A DNA stretch of 63,465 nt, filler included, from Octopus bimaculoides (GCF_001194135.2; 7 parts of 7 records of this genome joined end to end with filler, not necessarily neighbours in it), one strand, 5' to 3'. Shown: positions 12,799-28,935, counted from the first letter of the whole stretch. Notes: generated from the sequence alone by a model not told the origin. Made by a program: numbers and translations.

Positions 12799-15429
12799 GT
12801 GTGTGTGTGTGTATGTATGTGTGTGTTTGTATGAGAGAGTGTGTTCGTGTGCGTGCGTGTGTTTGTGTGTGTGTGTGTATGTATGTGTGTGTTTGTATGA
12901 GAGAGTGTGTTCGTGTGCGTGCGTGGATTTGCGTGTGTGCGTGCGTGTATTTGCGTGTTTGTGTTTGTGTGTGTGTGTGTGTGTGTATGAGAAAGTGTGT
13001 TCGTGTGCGTGCAAGATGAAAAATAACAGAAAAACAAGCTGAAAGAGCAATCAGTGTTAACTATAAAAATATATTTGACCATTGACTAATGTTAGCCAAT
13101 ACGTGACCAAGCACCTGACGTCAGTCTATGATCTCAACCATTCTCTATAATTAAAATAGGAACCACACTACAAACATTCTGGTAAATCCTTACGTACCCC
13201 TCCACCACCACCACCAACACCAACACCTTTACGGTTTCGTTAAGCTGTAATCTCGCCCCCTTTCTGACCACATTATTTGGTCAGTTTGGACGTAGATATT
13301 CGGCCAGGCCAACCTAGTAATCAACAGACTTCCTGCTGTTGTTAATATAGAAAACATCCAACAGCCAGGCAACGGTTTTTCTTTCCCACGCACATAGTTT
13401 AGACGGTGTGTCAGGTGTCTGAGACGAATATCGTCTATTACCTCTCTTACTAGGTATCTTGTGAACAAGATACCTTGTGGGGTGACTCTGAAATGCTAGA
13501 AATAGCAACCAAATGTCAATTAGCTGACGTAGTACTGATGGTAGAATTCTAGTTTAAGCACCCTATATAAGCCCTCATAACTTTTCTTATTTTTATGAAT
13601 TTTTTGAGAATTTTGTCAATTTGTGTTCTACACACGGGAATTCGTACGATTATTCAAAAACAAAATTTTTTAAACCCCTCCCCCGCCCCCATAAATTCTA
13701 AAATTTCCTCTCCTTTTCAATTTGCACTTTTAATCAGTGCTTGAAATCCGGACAATCCGAATTTGTTTGCTTAAATCCCAGCAATGGATCATCCTTGGGC
13801 GCATCACCATTCCATTAAATGTGTTTATGAGGAGAATAATATTGAGAAACTTCAATACATGTCAGAGTGACAAAGGAACGAGGAAAGTATCGAGAAGCAG
13901 TGAGCCGGAACAAATGCCGGAAGACATCTGGTCCGACATTCTTAGCGTTGTGCCAATACACTGCCTTGGAATGGCACTTTTTTTTTATTGACCTCGGAAG
14001 AATGAAAGGCAAGGTTGACCAAAATTGACACCACGGTTGTCGACGTTTCAGATGAGATTATTAAATCTCTTATAACAGACCTCCTACAGTCTATATAATA
14101 TCTTTTAACAGTCTTCCTATAGTCTTCATATCTTATAAAAGATATATCTTATAATCTGTACAATTTATCTTATAATCTGTGTAATAACTTACAATACATC
14201 GTGCTCTGTACAATAAGGAATAACTAGCGTATAAATTCAATGAACCTCTTGAATTCAAAGAATCTATGATTTTCTTCCTTTCAAATCAAGGGGGTAATAT
14301 CGGTGTAAATGAATATATTTTGGGAGTAATTGATTAAAGAAGTTCCCCGACCCCGGATCCAGTAGGACACGTGATACCGTAAGAGTTCTATCGTTGGTTC
14401 TGCAGCAATTTATTTAATGGAAAAGTTTCCTCTACTCTGTCACTTTTCACCTTCCATAGACAAGATTGGGGACTGTTTATTTACCAACCGGGTTTTGATT
14501 AAAATATATATGAACAAAAACTTTCGCCTATACCATGAAGCTACTACTACTACTACTAATAATAATAATAATAATAATAATAGTAATAATAATAATGCTC
14601 AATGACATGTTTTTATTGTCCTATTGCTTGCAACAAGACCTATGAACAGTCCAAAAGTGTAGAAAAATTGGGATTTTTGTATGGAAGAACGAAAGTTTTA
14701 CATTTCACCTGGACTGATTGTCGGAGTGTGATTTTTACCAAATAATTAGTTTTATTAAGCTATTGATGATCCCTACAAGAAAATACTTCGTTTTCATTTA
14801 CCAAAGCGCCTGGAGCTTTGACCAGGAGGAACTGATGCCATCAGACGGTATCCAACGCTCATCGGGTGTCTTGGCTCCAAACCGTAACAGTACCCCCCCT
14901 TACTGATGAGTCGAAAGTGTAGGCCAAATCACCGCTCATCATTTCTTCCTAGCTTCCAAACACATACACGCACACACGACGGCCCCCACACGGTTTCCGT
15001 CTCCCAAATTCTTTCACAGAGCAATGGTCGGCCCAAAGTGCCGCGCAGTGACGAGACTGAACCTGCATCTAAGAGGTTGCCAAAGCGAGCTTCTTCACAA
15101 CTCCAAGTCTCAATCCTTTGTATTTCTCTAATGAGACTTCGGACCTTGTATAGAATGTTTATTTAGTATTGACGTGGTCACGTGATCGTATCAAATGGCG
15201 TTCTAATTTTCAACCAATTGTTGTGGGTGGGCAATGGTGGGGATTGTGGTAAAGATAAGCGCATTTCTCCTCGAAATATAGGACGCCTATTTCGTGACCA
15301 ATTATACGTACTCGTCAACTTATATTGTGTTGCTATACTGTATAACCCTGTAGCTTCAGCTTAAATAAGTACACTACCTTCACCCCACCCCCCGCCTCTC
15401 TCTCTCTCCCTTTCTCTTCATATACTCTT

Positions 15430-15819
15430 TACTCTTTTACTCTTTTACTTGTATCAGTCATTTGACTGCGGCCATGCTGGGGCACCGCCTTTAGTCGAGT
15501 AAATCGACCCCAGGACTTATTCTTTGTAAGCCTAGTACTTATTCCATCGGTCTCTTTTTGCCGAACCGCTAAGTTACGGGGACGTAAACACACCACCATC
15601 GGTTGTCAAGCGATGCTGGGGGGACAAACACAGACACACAAACACACACGTACATATCTATACATATACATATATACGACAGGCTTCTTTCAGTTTCCGT
15701 CTACCAAATCCACTCACAAGGCTTTGGTCGGCCCGAGGCTATAGTAGAAGACACTTGCCCAAGATGCCACGCAGTGGGAATGATATATATATTTACATAC
15801 ATTCATACGTGCGGACGAA

Positions 15820-15852
<33 letters not shown>

Positions 15853-15897
15853 GTATGTCAGTGGATCTGGTAGACGGAAACTGAAAGAAGCCCGTCG

Positions 15898-15928
<31 letters not shown>

Positions 15929-16021
15929 TTGTGTGTCTGTGTTTCTCCTCCACCGTGGCTTGACAACCGATGTTGGCGTGTTTACGTCCCCATCACTTTG
16001 CGGTTCGGCAAAAACAGACCG
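15430..16021. mobile_element. Two SINE family A copies in divergent orientation
   Basis: About 15430-15775 on the minus strand and 15865-16021 on the plus strand, both matching 23009-23390. Confidence 0.75.
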
Positions 16022-16498
16022 NNNNNNNNNNNNNNNNNNNNNNNNNNNNNNNNNNNNNNNNNNNNNNNNNNNNAGAGAGAGAGAGAGAGTGGTGGGGAGA
16101 CAAAATGAAATGAAAATCAAAGAAATCTTAAAACGTCACAGACAATCTGGCAGCGTTCTTCGTTTTCTTCACATGATGCTGTTATTTTGCTGCTGATAGC
16201 GCCGACGCTGCTGCTGTGTCGTTACTGCTGATTATGCTGCTGCTATATATGTACTTTACGTTTTTAGCAGACCATTGCCACGGCGAGGACGACTGTAGAA
16301 CGACTATGTTCCGACAAACACACGCAAATACACGCACGCACACACACACACACACGCACGCACACACACGCACGCACACACACACACACATGTATGTATG
16401 TAAATATGTAGGTAGGTAGGTAGGTAGGTAGGCATGTATGTACATATATGTGTATGTATTTATTTAAATGTATATGTATTGTGTGTGTACATATACAT

Positions 16499-16551
<53 letters not shown>

Positions 16552-16934
16552 CATACATACATACACACACATACACATACATTCACACATGTTTATAGAC
16601 TTACACACACATACGTACACATATACATACATATACACACAAGCATATATACAAACATGCATACACATATACACACACACATACATACGTACACACACAC
16701 GAAACGACATGGTATATTTTCCCATGGATGCCTTCTGCATGAAGAACATGTAATCAAGAACAGACTAACTTGTTTAACTGTGTGGGACCATAACAACCTA
16801 ATCAATTAATTACACTTGTAATGAAAAGATTAACTATTAGAGGTCGTCTTAATTCGGATCGGTGTCAGGGGAGATAACTGTAATTGAAACTGACGAAAAT
16901 AAGAACGATGAAGCGTTTCTGACTTTTACGAAGT

Positions 16935-16978
16935 GCAGTGACAACACTATGTTTCGGTTTTAATAAACCTCCTCAGGG
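16935..16978 (-). ncRNA. Partial hammerhead motif (stems II and III, no stem I)
   Basis: Minus strand: CTGAGGA-GGTTT-atta-AAACC-GAAA-CA-tagtgt-TGTC; no stem I partner visible. Confidence 0.4.
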
Positions 16979-16979
16979 A

Positions 16980-19060
<2,081 letters not shown>

Positions 19061-19636
19061 NNNNNNNNNNNNNNGTGTTTCATCACATACATGCAATTTT
19101 ATTAGCCGAGATTACGAGAGGAGTTACTTAAAAAGCCATAGTTTCGCTCAAAGACACTTCTGAAGCTAATAATCGATAATGCGAGTGCATCACTCTATAG
19201 AAGAATATAAAGAGAATGGTCTAAATAATTCTATAAAAATAAATTGTGTTCATGTCACGTGATTACAGCGCATGTGTTTGGAAACTGGTTGGTATAACAT
19301 GTGTATATCGGAAGAGACACGTGTGAACGCACGCAAACACACTTACAGAAACACACACACACACACACACACGTGCACACGGGCGCTTACACTCATGCAC
19401 ACATATGCACATATATATACTCACCTACATGCACATGTACATACATTCATACACTCTCACAGTTTCACAGAGATATACACACATTCACACGCATACGTAC
19501 ACACGTGCGCACAGGTGCACTCAGGGGCATACACTCATGAACACACGCACACATACATACACTCACACGTACAAACACTCACACACTCACTGTGTCACAA
19601 ATATGCTCACACACACAGTCACTCACTCACACGCAG

Positions 19637-19677
<41 letters not shown>

Positions 19678-21381
19678 CACACAGGTAACCACAGTGGATG
19701 ACGTGAAGGAAATATATTTTATAACAAATTAATAGAATATAAATAGATTTTCGTCAAAGAAATGTGTGTGTGTGTGTGTGTGTACTTGTATGTCTCGTAT
19801 GTGTGTGTGTGTGTGTATGGTGTATGTCCATATGTATTGGTGTGTGGGCGTCCCTGTGTGTCTCGACGCCTGTATATTGGTGTGTGTGTATGTTGGTATA
19901 TATATGTGTGTGTATATTGGCATATATGTGTGCGTGTGTTTTCGTGTGTGTTTATTATTGTGTGCGTGTATTCGTTGTGTCAATGTGTTTGTGGGGGGGG
20001 GTATGCGTTGGCTTATGGATGTCAATTCGTTGTATGTGTGTGTGAGAGAGAGAGGGGGAGATTGCGTGAGAGAGTGGGCGTGTAAGAAAGAGGGGGAGAA
20101 AGAAAGAGAGAGAAAGAGAGCATGTGTGTAAAAGAGAGTATGTAAAAGAGAAAGAGAGAGAGAGAGAATGTGTATGTGTGTGGGTTTGTCTGTGCGTATG
20201 TGTGTATGCAGTTATCTGCAATGTCAGCTGATTCTAACATCACTCGATCTGTGAATGTGTCTATACAAGCGAGTNNNNNNNNNNNNNNNNNNNNNNNNNN
20301 NNNNNNNNNNNNNNNNNNNNNNNNNNNNNNNNNNNNNNNNNNNNNNNNNNNNNNNNNNNNNNNNNNNNNNNNNNNNNNNNNNNNNNNNNNNNNNNNNNNN
20401 NNNNNNNNNNNNNNNNNNNNNNNNNNNNNNNNNNNNNNNNNNNNNNNNNNNNNNNNNNNNNNNNNNNNNNNNNNNNNNNNNNNNNNNNNNNNNNNNNNNN
20501 NNNNNNNNNNNNNNNNNNNNNNNNNNNNNNNNNNNNNNNNNNNNNNNNNNNNNNNNNNNNNNNNNNNNNNNNNNNNNNNNNNNNNNNNNNNNNNNNNNNN
20601 NNNNNNNNNNNNNNNNNNNNNNNNNNNNNNNNNNNNNNNNNNNNNNNNNNNNNNNNNNNNNNNNNNNNNNNNNNNNNNNNNNNNNNNNNNNNNNNNNNNN
20701 NNNNNNNNNNNNNNNNNNNNNNNNNNNNNNNNNNNNNNNNNNNNNNNNNNNNNNNNNNNNNNNNNNNNNNNNNNNNNNNNNNNNNNNNNNNNNNNNNNNN
20801 NNNNNNNNNNNNNNNNNNNNNNNNNNNNNNNNNNNNNNNNNNNNNNNNNNNNNNNNNNNNNNNNNNNNNNNNNNNNNNNNNNNNNNNNNNNNNNNNNNNN
20901 NNNNNNNNNNNNNNNNNNNNNNNNNNNNNNNNNNNNNNNNNNNNNNNNNNNNNNNNNNNNNNNNNNNNNNNNNNNNNNNNNNNNNNNNNNNNNNNNNNNN
21001 NNNNNNNNNNNNAGATAGAGAGAGAGAGAGACAGAGACAGAGAGAGAGAGAGACAGAGAGAAATGGATGGATGGATGGAGGGAGGGAGGGAGGTAATGGA
21101 AGAGAGAAGGAGATACCATCCTATCCATATTTCTAAAGCTATCAACATTATTTATCTAATTAACTTTATAATTCCATTTCGATATCCCATCGACTCTTTC
21201 ACCAGTTCCATTCCTTTCAGCTGTAGCCTTATTGAGCGCTGCACTTGTTGTTCTGTTCCCGCAAATGTCATTGTTAGTTTGGTTTCCTGCACTCGTTTGC
21301 ACTCTAGCATCGTGAAGTTTGGTTCATTTGGAATCACGGTGACGATATATACATCTGTCTTTTAAAACAATTACGTACATA

Positions 21382-21550
21382 GGCGCAGTCGTAGCTGTGT
21401 GGTAAGAAGCTTGCTTCTCAATCACATAGTTCCGAGATCAATCCCACTGCGTGGCACCTTAGGTAAATGTCTTCAGCTATAGCCTCGGCCCGACCAAAAC
21501 TTTACGAGCGGACTTGGTACACAGAAACTGAAAGAGGCCCGTTGTAGATA
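21382..21550 (+). mobile_element. SINE family A, 5' half
   Basis: ggcgcagtcgtagctgtgtggtaagaagcttgc...ccactgcgtggcacctt...gaaactgaaaga. Confidence 0.75.
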
Positions 21551-21586
21551 GACATACAGACACATAGGCAGACAGGCAGACGGACG

Positions 21587-21678
<92 letters not shown>

Positions 21679-21679
21679 C

Positions 21680-22030
21680 AGGGTAAAAGTTAAGGGTAAA
21701 GACCCCTTCAGTCATGAATGACCATGGGATTGCACCTAGAAAGTTACCCTTCGAGGGACAAGTCCGAGCAAGGTTATTTGTAGAAGGTCAGCAGTCGCCC
21801 ATACATACTGGCTTCCTCTCTCCACGCCACCCATGTTATTCGACGGAAAGGTAAAGGCCGATATAGCTTGGCACCAGTGATGTTGCAACTCATTTCTACA
21901 GCTGAGTGAACTGGAGCAACGTGAAATAAAGTGTCTTGCTCAAGAACATAACATCGCCCGGTCCGGTCCGGGAATCGAAATCACCACCTCATGACCGTGA
22001 TCCCGGCGCTCTAACCACTGAACCACGAGG
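21680..22030 (-). mobile_element. tRNA-derived SINE family E (CORE/Meta-like central segment)
   Basis: Minus-strand head gtggttcagtggttagagcg...ttcgattccc followed by tgttcttgagcaagacactttatttc, similar to the start of CORE-type domains. Confidence 0.65.
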
Positions 22031-22199
22031 TGTGTTCAAAAAGATTCCAGTTTCCGACTTCAATTTTTCTTTTTTCTGCCAAGGTAAATTGCGTGGGTTA
22101 AAATCCTTTAGGTGGGAGTAACGCCACCCTTCCTGTGCCTACGTGAAAATTTTCGTGCCGGCTGACGCATTAGTTCCCATCTGTTACGCCTACAGTACA

Positions 22200-22330
22200 A
22201 ACGTGTAGTGCGCGCCCGTCATATTTTCATTTGCACACAGAATGACCGAACGCATCGAGCAGAGACCAAAAATCTGTGTCTCATCACCACTGATTATGGT
22301 TTTCAAGAAGTTTGGGTCGTAGATTGCACA
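22200..22330 (+). mobile_element. Possible mariner 5' remnant
   Basis: cagaATGACCGAACGCATCGAGCAGAGA = MTERIEQR, typical of mariner transposase starts; then breaks down. Confidence 0.35.
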
Positions 22331-23008
22331 GTCCAGTGATTTCTATGCGGCTTTGCTTTTGTTGTACCACCAGCACCATGGAGACGAATGCACTGGTCTT
22401 GTGCTTATTCCAATTTCGTGAACAATTTCCTGGATCGTTACTGGACCTTGGCGGCATTTGAACTTAGAATACATTTCTAAATCTCTCAGAGAGATTTAAG
22501 CAGTAGTGATGCGATGAAGTAGTTGTATGCTGTCAACTTAACGTGACAGTCCCATGAAGGGAATAATACTACTGCTATTTAGTCATAGGAAGCCGCACCG
22601 CTTCCTATCGGCCTTGACACATTTCCTGTGTCCTTATGTTTACAAGGAGGAGACAAGCACCTCCACCCAGTTAAGCCTATATATATATATATATATNNNN
22701 NNNNNNNNNNNNNNNNNNNNNNNNNNNNNNNNNNNNNNNNNNNNNNNNNNNNNNNNNNNNNNNNNNNNNNNNNNNNNNNNNNNNNNNNNNNNNNNNNNNN
22801 NNNNNNNNNNNNNNNNNNNNNNNNNNNNNNNNNNNNNNNNNNNNNNNNNNNNNNNNNNNNNNNNNNNNNNNNNNNNNNNNNNNNNNNNNNNNNNNNNNNN
22901 NNNNNNNNNNNNNNNNNNNNNNNNNNNAGAGAGATACATACATACATACATATATATATATATACACACACACACAGATACACACATATATATATATACA
23001 CACATATA

Positions 23009-23390
23009 GGCGCAGGAGTCGCTGCGTGGTAAGTAGCTTGCTTACTAACCACATGGTTCCGGGTTCAGTCCCACTGCGTGGCACCTTGGGCAAGTGTCTT
23101 CTTCTATAGCCTCGGGCCGACCAAAGCTTTGTGAGTGGATTTGGTAGACGGAAACTGAAAGAAGCCTGTCGTATATATGTATGTGTGTGTATATGTTTGT
23201 GTGTCTGTATTTGTCAACCGTTGCTGGTGTGCTTACGTTCCCGTAACTTTGCGGTTCGGTAAAAAGAGACCGATAGAATAAGTACTAGGCTTAAAAAGAA
23301 TATGTCCTGGGGTCGATCTGCTCGACTAAAGGCGGTGCCCCAGCATGGCCGCAGTCAAATGACTGAAACAAGTAAAAGAGTAAAAGAGTA
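23009..23390 (+). mobile_element. Full-length SINE family A (tRNA-like head, internal microsatellite, (AAGAGTA)n tail)
   Basis: ggcgcaggagtcgctgcgtggtaag (A-box-like)...gggttcagtccc (B-box-like)...tail gtaaaagagtaaaagagta; many related copies in the window. Confidence 0.85.
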
Positions 23391-23779
23391 CATACATATA
23401 AACACACACAGATATATATATATGTATATAATGTACATATATATTCACATACATGTATATAATGTACATATATATTCACATACATGTATATAACAAACAT
23501 ACCCAGCTCGGCACGCACACATCTACAATATATATATACATATATACACATGCACGCTTGAGGGTCGTGCAAGGAAGCGCGTGCCTGATATAACGAGCTT
23601 CTCGTTTCCCTGGTGTGCATGTCTGTCTGCGCGTGCGCGTTCGAATGCTAATATCTCTACGCATGCCTGCGGATGGTAGTTTGCGTGTGAGAGATCGGTG
23701 GCGGCTTGTATAGGAATTCTAACGTAATTGTGTGCATGAATAGGTGATTGCTTGTATGTATGCGTTTTAGAATGCATAA

Positions 23780-23889
<110 letters not shown>

Positions 23890-24144
23890 TGTTGCTGCAC
23901 ACTAGTGTGTTTGTGTCTGTGTGTTTGTGTCTGTGTGTTTGTGTCTGTGTGTTTGTCTATAAGCAACAAACTTGTTTTATTTTCTAACGAGCCGTATCGA
24001 TCTCTCTCGGCTTCAGTGAATATTGGATCACGTGACAGCGATAGGCTGTACGTTGATCGATCTTTCATTGAAGTTGTTCAGTGAGGCATACATCTCAGCA
24101 ACATCAAAATCACCAGCATTGTGATAAGCACCTTCATCGACACT

Positions 24145-24279
24145 CTATCGTCGTCGTCATCATCGTCGTCGTCATCATCGTCGTCGTCGTCGTCGCCGTC
24201 ATCATTTTTGTCGTCGTCGTCATCATCATCGTCATCGTCGTCATTTTCGTCGTCGTCATCATCGCCATCATCGTCATCA

Positions 24280-24311
<32 letters not shown>

Positions 24312-24471
24312 ATCGTCGTCGTCGTCGTCATGTTCGTCGTCGTCATCATCTTCGTCGTCATCGTCGTCGTCATCTTCGTCGTCCTCATTTTCGTCGTCGT
24401 CGTCATCATCGCCGTCATCGTCATCATCATCATCATCATCATCGCCATCATCGTCATCGTCATCCTCATCT

Positions 24472-24503
<32 letters not shown>

Positions 24504-24555
24504 ATCGTCGTCATCGTCATCGTCGTCATCGTCATCGTCGTCATCATCGTCGTTC
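24145..24555. repeat. Mixed (TCG/TCA)n trinucleotide array
   Basis: Direct inspection; yields poly-D/S/V/T ORFs in all frames. Confidence 0.9.
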
Positions 24556-25079
24556 GGTAAAATAGACGTGATTCGAGCTTGATTCCATGGCACAGCACTC
24601 ACTTAAGGAATATATGTTTTACCACAGCCTCGAGGAATGGAAGGGGCAAAATATTAAGAACGAAATTTTGTAGTCGGAAACTGTGTGGAAACCTGTCCAA
24701 AATAGTGGGTCTTTTCTTGTTCCCTACATTGTAAACTTTAACCCATTCTCGGATAAAGCACTACCACCTGACCATTAGATAACTGTCGCAGAGCCCTCTC
24801 TGTTGCGAACAGCTGGACTTAGTTTTCGATCTAAAAATACCTTGTTCCTTTCCTACCTGCTGTCACAGAAGCTCCTAACAAGGGTGAGGGGCGTGTCCCT
24901 TCGACAACCCATGAAAAATAAAGAAATCAATCTGTGATTTAAATCTAATTTAGATTTCAGACAACCACGTACACGTTGGACGTTTTTAAATGAAATGTGA
25001 ATACAAACATGTGGCATACATGAAAACAGAACGTGGGTGATTATTTTTGTAGGTACTTCCCTTAAGTACCCCTGTTGAT

Positions 25080-25405
25080 TTGCCCTTTGATCTGTATGAG
25101 TACTGATACTTATTCTATCGATCTCTTTTATCGAACCGCTCTGTTACGGGGACGTGAACACACCAACACCAGTTGTCAAAAGGTGGTGGGGGACAAACAC
25201 AGACAGAAAGACACATACACATGCGCGCATACATACACAATGTGGGCTTCTTTCAGTTTCCGTCTAACAAATCCACTCACAATGCTTTGGGTCAGCCCGA
25301 GACTAGAGTAGAAGACACTTGCCCAAGGTGCCACGCAATAGGACTGAACCCAGAACCATGTGGTTGGGAAGCGAGCTCCTTAAAACACACACTGCCACGA
25401 CTGCG
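25080..25405 (-). mobile_element. SINE family A
   Basis: Reverse-complement match to 23009-23390. Confidence 0.75.
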
Positions 25406-26411
25406 CTGATAAGATATTTTAAACACCGACTAGTTATGAGGGCACGTGTCTGTGGAGTGCTCAGCCACGTGCACGTTAATTTCACGAGCGGGCTGTTCCG
25501 TTGATCGGATCAACTGGAACCCTCGACGTCGTAAGCGACGGAGTGCCAACAACAACAAAGTTATGAGGGCCCATCCTTACAAAATAAAAATCAAAGGGGC
25601 CATTAGGTAAAACAAAAAAAAAAAAAGGAGAAATAGTTGAGAATCACTGGTGTATAAGTCTTAAAAAACAGAGGCAACCCCAGAGACACCATTTCAAGGA
25701 ATGTGGAGCAGATGAATTCAAAGACTCCATCTTTGACGACGTTATGAGATGAATGATAATATTTTGTGTGCTTCTTTCATTTCCTGTCATTCAATGCAAG
25801 ATAAACATTGGTTTGGTTTTTTTCTTCAAGTATTTTTCTTCTAAAAAGCGACGATTAGAAAAGGCAGCGTAAAACCTTGGGTTCCGTCGCTTTTATTTTT
25901 AGCAGAGTGGGGAGGAGAGAGGAGGTGCCACAGTCGAAGAAAGCATTGCTGGATGGTTGGTTGGCTGGTTGGATATTTGGTTGGATGGTTGTATGATAGG
26001 TATAGAGAGAAGGAGGGGAGGGAGTTTTTAGAAAAAAAGGGGAAATCAGGGGCGGTGGACAGACGAACAGGCAAAAAGGCCGACAGACAGACTGTCGCAC
26101 GTGCATCTAGTTACATAGATAAGAGAGATTAACGAGACTTCTAGCTGGGAGTGTAGGTGTGGTGCGTGTATGTGTGTTTGTATGTGTGTGTATGTGTTGC
26201 GTTTGTATGGGTTGCATAAGTGAGTGTATACATATATATACACATATTTATATATTCTTTTACTCTTTTAGTTCTTTCAACATTTGACTGTGGCCATGCT
26301 GTAGCACCACCTTTAGTCGAACAAATCGACGCCAGGACATAAACACACCAGCATCGCTTGTCAATTGATGTTGGGGGGACAGAAACATCAACATATATAG
26401 ACACATACATA

Positions 26412-26451
<40 letters not shown>

Positions 26452-26551
26452 NNNNNNNNNNNNNNNNNNNNNNNNNNNNNNNNNNNNNNNNNNNNTTAAT
26501 TAATTAANNNNNNNNNNNNNNNNNNNNNNNNNNNNNNNNNNNNNNNNNNNN
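26452..26551. other. Synthetic 100-nt join spacer
   Basis: 44N-TTAATTAATTAA-44N. Confidence 0.95.
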
Positions 26552-26840
26552 TGCCTGGAGGACTATGGTAAATAATAGGGGGCTGAGGACGGAACCTTGG
26601 TGGACCCCTACCTCTACCCGGAATTCATTGCTGTACTCATTTCCAACCCTCACCTTACTGGCAGCATCTCTGTACATGGCTCGCACAGCTCTCACTAACC
26701 ATTCTTCTATCCCAAGTTTCCTCATTGACCACCAGATAAGGGATCGGGGGACCCTGTCAAAGGCTTTCTCCATGTCAACGAAAGCCAGGTACAGAGGTTT
26801 ATCCTTAGCTAGGTATTTCTCCTGCAACTGTCTCACTAGA
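26552..26840 (-). mobile_element. RTE-clade LINE reverse transcriptase fragment
   Basis: RQLQEKYLAKDKPLYLAFVDMEKAFDRVPR...VGVHQGSVLSPLLF: RT motifs (FVDxEKAFD, QGSxLSP) with RTE-type context; truncated by the spacer. Confidence 0.9.
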
Positions 26841-26865
26841 AATAAGGCATCAGTAGTTGTATATA

Positions 26866-27060
26866 TTCTTTTATTCTTTTAATTGTGTCAGTCATTTGAC
26901 TGTAGCCATGCTGGAGCACCACCTTTAGTTGAACAAATCGACTCCAGGACTTATTTTTCGTAAGCCTAGTATTTATTCTGTTGGTCTCTTTTGCTAAACT
27001 GCTAAGTTACGGGGATGTAAACACACCAACATTAGTTGTCAAGCGAAGGTGGGGGGACAA

Positions 27061-27113
<53 letters not shown>

Positions 27114-27270
27114 ACAGGCTTCTTTCAGTTTCTGTCTACCAAATCCACTCACAAGGCTTTGGTCGGCCTGAGGCTATAGTAGAAGACACTTGCCCAAGAT
27201 GCTATGCAGTGGGACTGAACCCAGAACCATGTGGTTGGAAGCAAGCCTCTTACCACACAGCCACTCCTTC
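26866..27270 (-). mobile_element. Full-length SINE family A
   Basis: Reverse-complement match to 23009-23390. Confidence 0.85.
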
Positions 27271-27788
27271 CACCTATATATGTGCGTATGTGTGTGTGTG
27301 TGTGTGTGTGTATATGCATGTATATTCAATAACAAATTTAAAGCAGTGCTAGAGATGTAAACATACATTGAGTGTGTGTAATCGATTATACATATATATG
27401 TGTGTGTGTGTGTGTGTGTATGTATTATCATCATTTAATGTTTGCATTCCACGTTGGCACGAGTGTGACAAGATGTGGTAAGCTGCAGGGCTGCATCAAG
27501 TTTCAATGTTACCTTTGGTATGGTTTCTGTGGCTCATTGCCCTTCCTGATGTCAACCAGTCTACAGTGTGTGTTCAAATAATCTACTAAAAAATCACTCA
27601 GTCTGTAAATTTTCCAAGTTTCGAGTCATTTTGAAGAACACTTGTCATAATTAAAAGAAAATACTTTGCTCATCAGAATTTTTTTTTTAAGTGGCCTTTG
27701 ACGATTAATTAATGAATTATTTATCAAAATTGGCTCAAACTGTCAATGTTTCATTATATTGTGTTTCCTCTTGATACTTTTTATACAG

Positions 27789-27948
27789 AAATTAAACGAT
27801 CTTGGTTTTAAGAGAATGATTATACAAGCTGGACATAGCAAACCCCCATCAAAAAAGGCAGTAGCTGGTGTTGAAATTTCTACCTTTGATTTCAAGGATT
27901 CAATCTTAGAAAATCTCCAAAAAGCCCACCTGGTGATAAGCCATGCAG
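27789..27948 (+). CDS. ALG13: UDP-GlcNAc transferase subunit ALG13, exon equivalent to human exon 2
   Basis: tttttatacAG acceptor; KLNDLGFKRMIIQAG...FDFKDSILENLQKAHLVISHAG; GT donor at 27949; phase 0 to 1. Confidence 0.9.
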
Positions 27949-28072
27949 GTAACACGCCTTCCTTTTAACGAATTAAAAAAAAATTCTTAGAACCCTTGCC
28001 CTCCACTTATGGGAAATGCTGTTCTTGAAGTTTCTAAAGTTTCTATTAATCTGCTTCTTTGTTGTTCCATAG

Positions 28073-28211
28073 GTGCTGGTACCACCATGGAGACACTTAA
28101 TGAAGGCAAGCCACTAATAACGGTGGTTAATGAAAAATTAATGAACAACCATCAAATAGAACTGGCTGAACAAATGTCGAAAGATGGTTATTCCTTGTTT
28201 TGTACTTGCAG
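28073..28211 (+). CDS. ALG13: ALG13, exon equivalent to human exon 3
   Basis: ccatAG acceptor; GAGTTMETLNEGKPLITVVNEKLMNNHQIELAEQMSKDGYSLFCTC; GTGAGT donor; 139 nt. Confidence 0.95.
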
Positions 28212-28524
28212 GTGAGTTTCTTGATATTTTTTGGGGGGTTCACTAGACAAATTTCTTAAAAAAATCTTGAACCAACCTCCTACACCTGGATATGTCTCCA
28301 GCAATAATACCTGTTTGCTAGAGTGGGCCATGGTGCCCCATATGTGACTAAAAGACTTCGCCAGGTGGTGCTGTTAAGTTTGACATGCCCTGGGCCTATA
28401 CTGGCTGAAACTGATCAAAGTTACCATGATAATCTGTAGAAAAATTGATTTCATGTTATGGCTAAATCGCAGAGATAGATCTCATAACCCTGATTATTCC
28501 CGTATTTACAAGATGCATGATATA

Positions 28525-28935
28525 TTTCCTTATTGCCCACAAGGGGCTAAACATAGAGGGAACAAACAAGAACAGACAAAGAGATTAAGTTGATTACATC
28601 GACCCCAGTGCGTAACTGGTACTTATTTAATTAACCCCGAAAGGATGAAAGGCAAAGTCGACCTCGGCGGAATGTGAACTCAGAACGTAACAGCAGACGA
28701 AATACCTATTTCTTTACTGCCCACAGGGGGCTAAACATAGAGGGGACAAACAAGGACAGACAAAGAGATTAAGTTGATTACATCAACCCCAGTGCGTAAC
28801 TGGTACTTATTTAATCGACCCCGAAAGGATGAAAGGCAAAGTCGACCTCGGCGGAATTTGAACTCAGAACGTAACAGCAGACGAAATACCGCTAAGCATT
28901 TCGCCTGGCGTGCTAACGTTTCTGCCAACTCGTTG
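28525..28935 (-). mobile_element. Two tandem SINE family B copies in an ALG13 intron
   Basis: Repeated gggctaaacatagagg...gacctcggcggaat..gaactcagaacgtaa units. Confidence 0.8.

Noticed and set aside
14895-14925. CTGATGAGTCGAAA
   Set aside because: Stem II would have a 1-nt loop and no stem I or III partners.
21152-21345. 61-aa minus-strand ORF with ordinary composition
   Set aside because: No polypyrimidine acceptor, no recognisable homology.
24078-24602. Poly-Asp / poly-Ser ORFs resembling acidic biomineralisation proteins
   Set aside because: Open in several frames on both strands because the trinucleotide array lacks stops; no signal peptide or exon context.
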